DNA from: Octopus sinensis | Taxonomy: Eukaryota | Length of the DNA stretch: 64,000 nt | Assembly: GCF_006345805.1 (NCBI RefSeq) | Contig: NC_043006.1 | Span: 48,484,001-48,548,000 of the forward strand | Direction of reading: 5' to 3' | Position numbers and translations under genes: made by a program | The notes under the pieces: generated by a model | Told to the model about the DNA's origin: nothing | Database searches by the model: none | What the model saw: only the letters and a program-made list of their open reading frames with translations | Shown: positions 37,537-50,171 of the stretch, one piece after another | How the letters are laid out: each line of letters opens with the position of its first letter | Numbering within the stretch: position 1 is the stretch's first letter

Positions 37537-38378
37537 ATATATATATATATATACATATATATGTCCTTATTTGTCCCCTCTATGTTTAGCCCCTTGTGGG
37601 TAATAAAGAAACATATATATAATATATATATATATATATATGCACACACACACACATACATACATACACTATATGTACGTATATATATATATACACAAAC
37701 GGGTTTGAGTGTGAGTGCATTTGTGTATGGAGTGTGAGCGACATTATCATCGTCATCATCATTATCACCATCGTCGTCAATATCAAAACCATGAAGAACA
37801 GTTATATTTTTTTTTAAATGGAAAGCAGCATAATCAACATTGGTGGTGTTTGCCACCACTGTTGGGCATGTCTGGAACAACAGCAGCAACAACATCAGCA
37901 TGAGTGGTGCTGGTAGTAACGGTGGTGGTGGTGGTGGTGGTGGTGGTGGTGGTGGTAGGAAATATAATTTCGAAGTGTTCAGTGAGGATCTGATCAAACA
38001 CTTTGCAATTTAAAAAAATATGGACTGAAAAATGTATGTCAGCGTGTCTGTGTTTGTCCCCCCACCACCACCACCACCATCGCTTGACAGCCGATGTTTG
38101 TGTGTTTACGTCCCCGTAACGTAGCAGTTCGGCTAAAGAGATCGATAGCATAAGTACTAGGTTTACAAAGAATAAGTCCTGGGGTCGATTTGTTGGACTG
38201 AAGGCGGTGCTCCAGCATGGCCGCAGTCAGTTGACAAGCCAAAGATGACCCGTCATATTTGCTTGTCCTTCTAATTCTTGTTTCACTTGGACCGCCTTTG
38301 TGTCGTCTATCTGTCCGAACGTTATAATACACTCTATTGCGTTTTTGTTCCGTTTATTATATATATATATATTTATAT

Positions 38379-38424
<46 letters not shown>

Positions 38425-38518
38425 GGCATCAAAAATTTTTTAAGTGGCTTAGGGCCTCTCTGAGTCTTAATCGAGCCATGATCGCGCTACATTGAAAATA
38501 GATCTGAAGCAACTAAGT

Positions 38519-38904
38519 GGATGGAAGCACTCCGTCGGTTACGACGACGAGGGTTCCGGTTGATCCGATCAACAGAACAGCCTGCTCGTGAAATTAACGT
38601 GTAAGTGGCTGAGCACTCCACAGACACGTGTACCCTTAACGTAGTTCTCGGGGATATTCAGCGTGACACAGAGAGTGACAAGGCCGACCCTTTGAAATAC
38701 AGGTACAACAGAAACAGGAAGTAAGAGTGAGAGAAAGTTGTGGTGAAAGAGTATAGCAGGGATCACCACCATCCTTGCCGGAGCCTCGTGGAAGTTTTAG
38801 GTGTTTTCGCTCAATAAACACTCACAACGCCCGGTCTGGGAATCGAAACCGCGATCCTACGACCGCGAGTCCGCTGCCCTAACCACTGGGCCATTGCGCC
38901 TCCA
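38519..38904 (-). mobile_element. Young full-length tRNA-SINE family C with 15-bp TSD
   Basis: TSD CTGAAGCAACTAAGT at 38504-38518 and 38905-38919; near-identical to 3912-4290. Confidence 0.95.
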
Positions 38905-39144
38905 CTGAAGCAACTAAGTATCACTAAGGAAAATGCGGGTGACCATGCTCGAAAAAACAGGAATTATTGTAGACGTCTTGTTGTCCGATGCACACGAAGA
39001 CTGTACGGGAAGATTGAAGACAAAGATCGTTGCTGATGTTGCCTTCGAAGCGTAAAGGGTAAGAAAACATCATTAACCGTTTTCTTCGAGTTGCGCTATG
39101 ATCGAACCCCGCACCCACACCAAGCCAGCTCCACGCAAATATAA

Positions 39145-39544
39145 TCTTTACTACTCTAGGCACAAGTACCGAAATTTTGGGGGAGGGGGGCAGTTAAATT
39201 AGATCCGACTCCAGTGCGTAACTGGCACTTAATTTATCGACCCCGAAAGGATGAAAGGCAAAGCTGACCATAGCAGAAGTTGAACTCAGAACATAAAAGA
39301 CAGGTGAATACCTATTTCTTTACTGCCCACAAGGGGCTACACGCAGAGGGGACAAACAAGGACAGACAAACAGATTAAGTCGATTACATCGTCCCCAATG
39401 CGTAACTGGTACTTATTTAATCGACCCCGAAAGGATGAAAGGCAAAGTCGACCTCGGCGGAATTTGAACTCAGAACGTAGCGGCAGACGAAATGCCGCTA
39501 AGCATTTCGCCCGACGCGCTAACGTTTCTGCCAGCTCGCCGCCT
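39145..39544 (-). mobile_element. Family B dimeric SINE
   Basis: The reverse complement shows head-core-tail1-junction (plus strand AATACCTATTTCTTT at ~39308)-core-tail2. Confidence 0.9.
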
Positions 39545-39675
39545 TCCCACACAAATATAATAATTAATTAACATTTGTTTTAATATTGTTTTTCGCTAAT
39601 TTATTAGTTAATAAGGTATCCATTTTCAATAAATGGGAACTCGAAAGTGCGGCTACGCCCATTACACACCACACA

Positions 39676-39729
<54 letters not shown>

Positions 39730-39730
39730 G

Positions 39731-39797
<67 letters not shown>

Positions 39798-40789
39798 ACA
39801 CTTACATGTTGGGTTTTGAAACGGTTTCGAGACTAACCATTTCCTCAATGCAGTCATATACATATATAATATGTACGGCTAGTTTCTTTACCACGAGCCT
39901 TTAGATAAGGACCAAGCTCCGGTTTTGTTTCAATGTTGCTTTTAATGGCAAATGTGACTCAAAGTTCGGTCACAGATACTATCAATAGCGGCTCCACTCT
40001 TGTACATGCGTACAAAAGTGCTTATCACACACACACACACCACACACACACACACACGTGTGTTTAAAGTAGTGGGAATTTAAATGATCCTGGCAGTTTA
40101 CTTGGTAGCACTCCAAGGTATATCAAATTAACAAGGTAATGAAAAAGAATGTATAAATATTCCTAATCAACCAATACAGCGGCCATTGCGATGTTAAACC
40201 GACGTTAGCATCGCGTAAATCCATTTATGTAGCATCAAGAAGCAGTATACATTACGCGGTGTGTAATATAGTAACGGAACAATATGGACAGCTCAGATTT
40301 TTCCTACACGCGTTTCCATAGAGTGGTAATTTATTCAATTATGCAAAATGTTATATATTACATAGCTTAATATTATTGCACCATCCCGGCACTTCATCAG
40401 GCCATGAGTCTTTTACAAGCAAAATAACACTGATGAAATGTGTTGCGATTTCAATATATTTATCTGCAAACATATTTCTTCACAGCTTGACTTTGCTTAT
40501 AAAAGGCTGAATATAGCTCGATGAAACAATAAAGTTAATGTAATTTATATGTTATGTATTGTTGAATAAAAGACCACGCTATGGAAACACATGTAGCAAA
40601 CGTTTGCGTTGTTCATTCTTGTTCTTTTATTCTGTGTGTATGATACATGTATATAGACACACACACACAAATATGTGCACACATGCAGATATAACGTAAA
40701 GTTAAAATCATAACACAGAAAGAAAAACTACAGCGAATACAGTATAAGTTTATAACTTGAGACGAGTATTTGAAATGCTCATAGAGCGC

Positions 40790-40824
40790 ACTAACGTTTC
40801 GGACGTTAGTCCTTTTTCAGAAAA
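40790..40824 (-). ncRNA. Degenerate hammerhead motif (family P1)
   Basis: TTTT CTGAAAA A GGAC TAAC GTCC GAAAC GTT AGTG. Stem II GGAC/GTCC, core G8->A, weak stem I. Confidence 0.5.
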
Positions 40825-40844
40825 AAAGAAACGAGGGAAACATT

Positions 40845-40886
<42 letters not shown>

Positions 40887-41606
40887 GATCTAAAAGTACG
40901 AATCTTTATTTCCACCTCTTCTTCCCCTCCACAGTGACTGAAAGAAAGCCTGACAGAGATGGGGTATCCAGGCCAGTCTATATTTCGCTGCTCTCGATAG
41001 GCAAAGGTTTTTTTGTTTTTTTTATATAGTTTCTGCTGTGTAATAATCGCAGGTAGATTATACGCCCAGTAGACTATCATCTTTACAAAACAATGTCGGT
41101 GAGGAAGAGAAGTACACCAGATAGACCGTGTTCAACAGAAAGACGAGATGACCATTACAATGATACTTCTGATCACGGTCAGGCCTGATCTAAACAATCC
41201 ACAACAATTTTATAAAAACAATGGTGTTAAGTTTGAGAAGGATGTCGTAAAACAATAACTACGACAACAACGAGGACAACGGCGGCCAAGATATCTCTAT
41301 TATTAAGATCAGTAATTTAAGGCGGCGAGATGGCAGAATCGTTAGCACGACGGGAAAATGCTTAGCAGCATTTCGTCCGTCTTTACGTTCTGAGTTCAAA
41401 TTTCGCCGAGGTCCACTTTGCCTTTCATTCTTTCGGAGTCGATTAAATAACTACCAGTTGCGTATTGGGGGTCGATATAATCGATTAGCTCTTCCCCCCA
41501 AATTTCGGGCCTTGTGCCTTTAATATTATTGGAGTAGGACTGACCTGGGGCTGAACAACAATACCACTAACGCAACAAACTTGTACAAGTTTTTCAGCCA
41601 GCAATA

Positions 41607-42015
41607 TAGGCGCAGGAGTGGCTGTGTGGTAAGTAGCTTGCTTACTAACCACATAGTTCCGGGTTCAGTCCCACTGCGTGGCACCTTGGGCAAGTGTCTT
41701 TCTTCTACTATAGTCTCGGGCCAACCAAAGCCTTGTGAGTGGATTTGGTAGACGGAAACTGAAAGAAGCCCATCGTATATATGTATATATATGTGTGTGT
41801 ATATGTTTGTGTGTCTGTGTTTGTCCCCCCCCCAACATCGCTTCACAACCGATGCTGCTGTGTTTACGTCCCCGCAACTTAGCGGTTCGGCAAAAGAGAC
41901 CGATAGAATAAGTACTAGGCTTACAAAGAATAAGTCCTGAGGTCGATTTGCTCGACTAAAGGCGGTGCTCCAGCATGGCTGCAGTCAAATGACTGAAACG
42001 AGTAAAAGAGTAAAG
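41607..42015 (+). mobile_element. CORE-type SINE family A, full length; family B tail-2 copy at ~41321-41520
   Basis: All diagnostic motifs intact. Confidence 0.93.
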
Positions 42016-44006
42016 AGAGAGAGAGAGAGAGAGAGAGAGTAACTAGGAAAAAATAGCTACCAAATCTTTCTCAAAAACACCCTACCTTTTTTTTAAAAAA
42101 TGAAGGCACGTTTGTGTAATGTAGTCCGAGGTATAGAAAAAGACAAAATTAGCCATAGTTGGAATATCTTTCATTATTGGTTTGTTTAATCAGCGCTGAC
42201 CTGGGGCTAACAGCAACAACAGCTCAACCCACATCGCTACCGCTGCTGCTGCGACTACGAACCAACGAGGGAGTTTCGTCAAAGTCGCTCGAAACCTGTT
42301 AAAAATATCAGCCAATGTTTCCTCGGTTCTCATGAAAAGATATGTTGTATAATGAATGATTTTGTGGTCTCGTTTTTTTCCTAGAGGTAGAAGAAAAAAA
42401 AGCTGGTATGGTTTTGTAATACCATACCATCTGTAGTTTGATTGACTTTGATCTTAGGTCTGCTTGATCCACACCTGACCTGGGGCTAAACAACGGAACA
42501 AACAGAACCGTTATAACAATCACTACAACAACAATACTAGCAACAAAAAAAATTTTAAACCTCACCGCCAACAACTCCCCTCCAAAAAACTACACTAACA
42601 TCAACCAAAATGAGGCTTAACAGGGTGTCAGTCTGTGGCTGCTAGATCTGCTAGAAATAATAGTCACACACCGCTTCTCACTGTCTTAAAACGGATAAGG
42701 ATGCTTTAGATAATGCAATGTCCTAAATACATCTAAAAGCTGGTCAAGGCTGAAATTCTTTGATCTATATAGATCTATGTTTTTCGATCACGGCTGAATC
42801 TATCTTAGTAACTCAACAACACAACTATCAACATCAACGAAAACGTTCTACCACTCAATACCAACATCGCCACCACTTCTACTACTACCATAACCAACAT
42901 CATTATCACTATCAACATTAAGAGCAAGTCCTTGCCAATACTATCACCATGACTACTATAGCCGTCACACCACCATCACCTCCACCATTGCTGCAACGTT
43001 CACTCTCTATCCTCTATATAACCATTATTCACGTCCCCTTCAGAACCTTTAGCCATTAGCATCCTTTCTCTTGCCTTCTATTTTTTAAAAGCCTACTTCC
43101 ACCCCCTCCTATTGAACGCCTATGTTCTTCTCTCACCTCTCCCCTAACGTTACTCTATACCTCCCACTATCCCCTATCTTTTTACTTTTTCATCCTTCTC
43201 ATATCCAGCCCCTTCCTCAATCTTCCTACACTGGCCGCCACAAGCGTGTAATCTCCCTCATCTCTTCACTCTTGAACACACAGACACATGTATTGCACAC
43301 ACGCACGTACGATGTTAATTCATTGACAGACACACGCGCACACACCGACGAACACACACGCCTCGTGCGTACGTGCACATCTACCGATTCATGATTCCAT
43401 GCACACATACACATGTGCATATATCCACATATATAAACTTATGTGTGCATGCTAACACACACCCAAGTGCTACCTTAATTCACGAACAAATACATACATT
43501 ATAGATATTTAATCGCACACATACAACCTTAATTCACTGATAAACATGCAAACACAAATGCACACACGTGTTTATATACACACACACTTTACTGAGATAC
43601 ATTATACATGTACATAAATACACACACTCGCTTATTTTTCTGATATATAAACGCATACATTTAAAAGACTGACATCCCCATATATAAGCACACATTCATA
43701 CCCTATACTAATTTACCAATATACATACACACACACGTTTACACTATATTAATTCTAAGATATACGCATAAATACACACACACACACATCCTCTTCCTTG
43801 ACTGTTACATACACGCTATATACATATGCACACACGCGTATCCCCTTTAACTCCCTGTTACACACACGCATGCGTGTGTGTGCTTCCGTATTTCACACAC
43901 GCACACATACACACATGCATGTGTTTCAATAGATATACACAGACACATAAGCGCACGCTAGTAAAGCGAGCGTAGATACATATACACATGTGACACACAC
44001 ACACAC

Positions 44007-44066
<60 letters not shown>

Positions 44067-44269
44067 GGTGAGAGGTAGATATACACATTCACACGCACAC
44101 ACATATATATTATATACTCGGGCATAAATTTACATGTTAATTCATTGACATATACACAAGTACATACAAACATACATTTAAACATATACAGACTGACGGA
44201 TAGACACTCGTATACGCATACAGCGAACACACAACTTCTCTATTCTCTTCTACACATAATAAATAAATA

Positions 44270-45090
44270 CGCACTCTTTCTGTCTTTCATTCCTTACCCT
44301 CTTTTTACCCCCTACGCTTAACTTACTATCATCCACTTGCTCCCTATTTTTTTCTTTCATTCCATTTCTCTCCTCTTTCTTGTCCTCCTGTTCCCTGCTT
44401 GTCTCATCGCCGCACTCAGCTAGCCCCCTTCTTCTATAACCAAATCACACCCGCTTTTTTTTTTCACTCCCTTTACTAGTCTTACCCTCTCTCTCGCTTT
44501 CACTCACTCGTTCTCGTTTTCTCCGTCTTCACTTTGCCTCTTACTCCTCTTCCTCCACTCTCACTCATCTAGCGCTGCCTTCTTTTCTCTCTCTCACTCT
44601 TCCTCTGCCTCAGCTACTAACAAACCACTACAAATTATCACCCTCTCTATATGCATGTTGTAACTCCTCTCTCTACCAGCATTATACCTCCAGCCTCTCC
44701 TCCTTTCCCCCTCACTGTTAGTCTCAGTTTTGAAGCAAGTAGAGGCAGTATGGTGGTCCGGGCTGTTTCTCTATTAACCGCAGCAGCTCTGGCTTTACGC
44801 TACCAGCAGTTTCCTTTTCTTCCATTCTACTACAAAGCTTTGTATTAGCAACTTTAACTTGGAAAGAAGGGGGTGCCCTTTTGGTTTTTTTAAACCCACC
44901 CCTCTTATTACTTTCCCGTTTAAAAGAAAGAAAAAAAAGAAGGAAAAAGCGAAATCAACAAATAATTATTATAACAACAATCGCATCAATAACTTGGTGA
45001 CAGCAACCATCAACAACAACGAAGCTAATACAAACCAAAGTACCTCGAGTTCGAATTGAATCTGGACTGAAAATAAAATAGCTGATCGAG
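44270..45090 (+). promoter_or_regulatory. Candidate promoter and non-coding first exon
   Basis: CT-rich tract 44270-44650, Inr-like TCAGTT at 44724-44729, unique UTR-like sequence to a possible donor GAG|GTATTT near 45090. Lies in a SINE-free island (~42.8-47.4 kb). Confidence 0.35.
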
Positions 45091-45930
45091 GTATTTGTTG
45101 AAAGCTGAAATGAAAGCAAGAGAGAGGAAGAAATACGAACACATGCAAGAAAGCGAGATCTGTGTACGGACGATTAATTAAAATTAGTTTGGATTTTTTA
45201 ACTGACGAAAGGATATTTCAAAGAAGAAGAAATAAGAAATCTGTGGAGAAATATATATATGAGCGACCAGGAAATGGGTTCATAATATACCAACTGCACT
45301 TGCAGGACATACTTGTGTTGATGTTTTATTTTAATATACATATACACCCTGTATATCTACACACACCGTAATCTGCACACGGATTATATTCGTATATATA
45401 TTTATATGTACACACGATATATTTGAGTGCCGGCCTACTGATAAAACATATATGTGTGTATATACATACATGTTTACGCACAATCTGCTGGGAAGAAATA
45501 AATATTCGAGTTTTCTAACACAAACACCGACTTTAAAGAATTAATAGGAACCAACGTACTGACACATTTTTTCACATGCAAAACATAAAAACCACCTTTA
45601 CATATACATAAACAGATAATTTATAGAATATATTATTTATATATGCATCTATCAACAACACTTATTGTAGTATTATATTAATAGTGATAGACTCGCCGGT
45701 TTTACTGTCATATGCTAGGTTTCTCTTCCCCTTTAGAAATTACTATAGCTAGTATAAATAGCGTAGTTATTAGTAGGTATTAAGTTTTGATGGCCCACCC
45801 ACGGTTTACCTTTCCGGATTTTACCTGCTCAAGGATATTTACCTTCTATTCGTGGACCACGTCTATATAAAGAAAAGAAAAACCCTAAGAAACGGACACC
45901 TGCAGTAGAAAGAGCGAAGTTTGTGTGAGT

Positions 45931-45972
<42 letters not shown>

Positions 45973-46481
45973 GCTGATATATTTATATTTGAATAAAGAT
46001 GTTATCTTTTTGACTGACAAAAGGGGGGAAGATTTGAAATGATATGAAGGGAAAACATGACTGTAGGGTTAGACTCCTAAGATAGATAAATTTCCGGATT
46101 ATTTAGTTTTCTGTTCATATTTATTTTTCACCGAAAAAATATATCACGACAGTAAAAAAGTCATTGAATATTAAACCAAAGAAACATACATATTTGTTTT
46201 ATACATTCATTGTTTTTCTCTAATCAGATTTTGGTATTGTAATTTTTTTTCTTTTCCAACACATTTACCCCACACATGTACATACATAAATTGTTTGTAC
46301 ACACCACCTGAAACCTGGTTCCTTGTCTACAACACTAGGACAATTTTTACACCCTCCAATTATTTATAATTATATATACACACACATACACATACTACAC
46401 TGACTGTGAATGTAATAGTTCAGTGTACATACATCAATAGACCGATACCTTGGTGAGGGCCCATCTATCTGGGCCGGGGCA

Positions 46482-46599
46482 ATGGCGAAAATCGGATTGA
46501 AACTTCTACCAGAAAGCAGATGGACAGTCAGTCGGTCCTTTTTTTCGGTGACCTTAACTTTTATTTGGACAATCGGATTCCTTACTTTAACCGTTAAAG
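46482..46599 (+). CDS. Candidate first coding exon encoding a signal-peptide/anchor-like N-terminus of an unidentified secreted or membrane protein
   Basis: ATG in good context (GCAATGG). MAKIGLKLLPESRWTVSRSFFSVTLTFIWTIGFLTLTVK-G has a basic n-region and a hydrophobic h-region. Ends at phase-1 donor AAG|GTAGGA. It is the only open frame of the 46441-46599 segment. No downstream in-frame exon recognised. Confidence 0.42.
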
Positions 46600-47397
46600 G
46601 TAGGAAGATTTTCATTTTTAGTAATTTATTCGCTCAATTTCCTTTTTTATTCTATTTTCTTTCCCTCGTTGGTCAGCCAGCAGGTCTACTTGCTCCTGAA
46701 AGAGCTGTTACCCCTTGCTGACTGTTCTCGTCTGGTAATTTAACACTTTTCTTTTCACCTATTGACACCCAGCATTTCTACCCGTATTCACTCAGCTATA
46801 AAACATGAAATTCTATCCGGGGTTAAAGGATAGCAACGTTCAATAAGAATGTATGTGTGTAGCTAGCAAGCAAAGCAGAATATGAAGATAACTGATTTTC
46901 CGCACACACATACATACATACATTATTACCGGCTATATATATATATATATGTATGTATGTATACGATGTATCTGTTGATCGTTGTTGGTTTGTGGGGGGG
47001 GGGGATAATAAAGAGAATAACTAGATTTATTTTATTGCAATAAAGTCTCATCGTTTCAGAGCTTGATTTTAACATTTGCTCCTTGACCGTTACAAACAAA
47101 CAAACAAATAAATAATAATGATAATACGATAAAAACCAATTCAAATAGCGTGAAAACTATATATTGACTATCGGATTTGTTAAAAAATCTATTCTGCTGA
47201 GTTAAATATACTTTCATACAAAAGTAAATAACAGGAATGCTACTATAAAAAATATATATAATTGCACACACCCACACTTAAATACATTCACACGGAAATA
47301 CATAAAGAAAATAAAACTACAATAAATATCTATAAAAATAAATATTTGTACACATATTTCCACATACATAGGAAGCTGCTACATTGTTACTTTTATA

Positions 47398-47575
47398 TGC
47401 TAGAAATAGCAGCCAAATTTCTCAAATCACATGCCACTCTTAAAAGGAAAGACTATTAGAAATTGTAATCCTAGATTTAACCCACTGAGGTGCAATACAG
47501 GATGGTCATGAGTGGAATGTCTTTGATCATAGGTTTGCTAAATTAGGGTTGATCTGCTGTTAAACAACAATATCT
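47398..47575 (+). mobile_element. Repeat family E (GCTAGAAATAGCAGCC ... GACCTGGGGCTAAACAACAAC tail); further fragments near 8420, 41540, 42190, 42475, 42640, 49470, 55520, 59930, 62105, 63280
   Basis: Recurrent motifs on both strands with an (AAC)n-type 3' tail, consistent with a SINE or LINE 3' end. Confidence 0.6.
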
Positions 47576-50103
47576 ACTCAGTGTATGCCTGTGCAAATTA
47601 TATATAAGCCTATATAATGTGTGTCCGTGCACATCTGCAAAAAAGTTCACCCCATTGTTGGTTTTTTTTCTTCTTAGTTCTTCCATATCCAAAGCTTAAT
47701 AAAATGCTCCAAATGGTTATCAACTTAAAATTAATGAAAAGTTATGAGGGGCGGGATACTGAAGAAATCCCGGATTTCATAGCTGTATTTGCTATTTCGT
47801 CTTTTCCCGTTTCTTCAATATAGATAGTTGACAAACCTGTCAATTCATTCCCATAGTTTTAAGATTGCTTACTGTTCATTCCTGTAGAAATTAGTAGTTT
47901 CCTTTAGTTATATATTATATACACACACACACTCGGCACGGAAAAGTCCCCTTTTAAAGGATACTATACAGGGAACCTTTTTTTCCTATTCACCGATTTC
48001 ACCAGAGCACTGCCTCGTCGTATACCGTGTATATATGAATGTATGTATGGAAAGAAAGATAAAGAGGATGAAATTATGTATGTATGTGTGTGCGAGATGA
48101 GATTTCCGTCAAGTTTATACGTTTCTGTCACTTAAAAAAACCCCCTTGTATATGAAGAAATACTAAAAATTGTAAGTCGATTTAGCTGGACTTTGTTCGC
48201 TTCGTTACTAGAAGCAGGAAAAAAAAGAGAGAGAAATATCCTAGTAGTGTGTGAACATTCTTACATGTGTTGCTTCTCTTTGAAAAGAGAAGAAAGAAGC
48301 AGATGATTAAAATCTTGATATATATATATATATATATATATATAGATAGATGATTACTGAACAGCGACCAGTGAGAGAAGGTTGTGTGTGCATTTTGCCC
48401 TATATAACCCGTGGCTAGAGTGTCCGAGAATTTTTGGATGCAGAGGCCTAAAATACCCGATTGATTCGGTCAGATGACACGACTGACCGACACCTCCCGC
48501 TTGCAGTCCTTCATTTTCTAGTTAAAACAAAAATGTTTATCGCCCTACAAGGCTTCCGACTGTTAAAAGGAAACGGGCGATATTGTCAAGAAGTAATTCA
48601 AAAGACACCGTTTTTCGGCGACACACTGTCTCAAACTCGTAGAGGAGGGTTATTATAGAATTTAACCGATTCCAATATATATATTACCGAGACTTTTTGC
48701 TATTTCGGAAGGATGAAAGAAAGGCGAAGACGACTGTGGTCGGTGAATTGTCAAGAATCGCTAAAGCGTCGAACAAAATCGCTTACGGCATTTAGTTATA
48801 GCTCTTTATATTGAGAGTTCAAATCCTCTAATGGATAATTTTTCCTTCCATCTTTCTGGGATCGAGATGGAATTATAATAAAAGAAAATATTAACTCGGA
48901 GCAAGAAAGAAAGAACGAAATGCAACTTGTCATTTTATTACATTTAATAGTAGCTTTTAATTTCGACAGAAGACCAGCAGTTTTGAAGTGGTGGGGTTAG
49001 TTGATGGCATCGACCCCAAAACGATAAAGTTGACTTCAGCGAGATTTGAACTCAGGAAATAAAGAGCCGGAACAAATCACGCGAGCCTCCCCTCCCTCCC
49101 TGGAAGTTGTAATAGTTAAGACTTGATGAATTGTTTCCAACATAAGCACAAGGCCAGACATCTGGGAAAACGATGTTTATCGATTAAACCGGCCTTTTTA
49201 TCGACTTAGAAGGGATAAAAAAAGCAAAATTGGCTTCAGTGGATTTGAACTCGGAACAAATACTGCAAATCATATTTTGTCCGGTGCTCTAACGATTCTA
49301 CATTTGCATAAAGCGATGGACTATTTGAGGGAAGGTTGTAGTTCAATGAATAAACTAGTTTTGTCTAGCTTCAGGTCAGTTCTGCTGATCGTGCATACCT
49401 ATGATTAAAAAAAGCATTCCACTTTATGAATGCTGTGTCCTTCATCTAAGTTAGGGTGTAATTTTAGGACTATTTGGCTGTTGTTTCTGACATGTAAATC
49501 GACCACATAGAAAAGCCCCTTTGGTGAAACGAATAAACTCTCAGTTCATTAGTTCTCGCCATCGTAGCCAAGACCAGCGGCTACAAGTATATATATAATA
49601 AATATGTGTGTATAATATTTGTACGTATTTTCTCACACGCTGAAAGGCAATCATACCGCTGAGATTTGAACTTGGGGAAACCGAGCCCAGAGTTTTCACT
49701 TTTTTTCTCTGCCGATTCCCTCCGCTCAACAAGGTGAGAAATTATGAGAAGGTGGTTAATCGACAACATCGACCTCAGTAGTTAACTAGTACTTTATTTT
49801 ATCGACCCTGGATGATGAAAAGCAAAGCTGTCCTCGACGAGCTTCGAACTCTGAACGTAAAGAGTTGGAATAAATACGGATGCGTTTTTTCCCCCACTGG
49901 CGTCTTAACCACCCTTAAATAATCATCTTGCTTTTAAACATAGGCACAAAGCTATAATTTTGCTGGGAGAGGCTAGCCCATTGAAACCAAACGAGTTCTT
50001 GGAATTTGAACCGGAAAAAAATAAATAGATACGGACCGGCTTTATGTCCACCTTTTAACAATTCTGCTATTTGCTCCTTCTAAAATACAACATTTATATA
50101 CTA

Positions 50104-50171
50104 TATTCCGGTGGGATTCGAATACGAAATCTGATATAGAGTCGAACGCGCTACCCTTGCGCCACAGGGCC
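50104..50171 (-). pseudogene. tRNA-Trp-like pseudogene or isolated SINE head (anticodon reads CTA)
   Basis: GGCCCTGTGGCGCAAGGGTAGCGCGTTCGACTCTATATCAGATTTCGTATTCGAATCC closely follows metazoan tRNA-Trp (GTGGCGCAACGGTAGCGCGTCTGACTCCAGATCAGA..GTTCAAATC). Acceptor stem and variable loop are broken. Confidence 0.6.
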
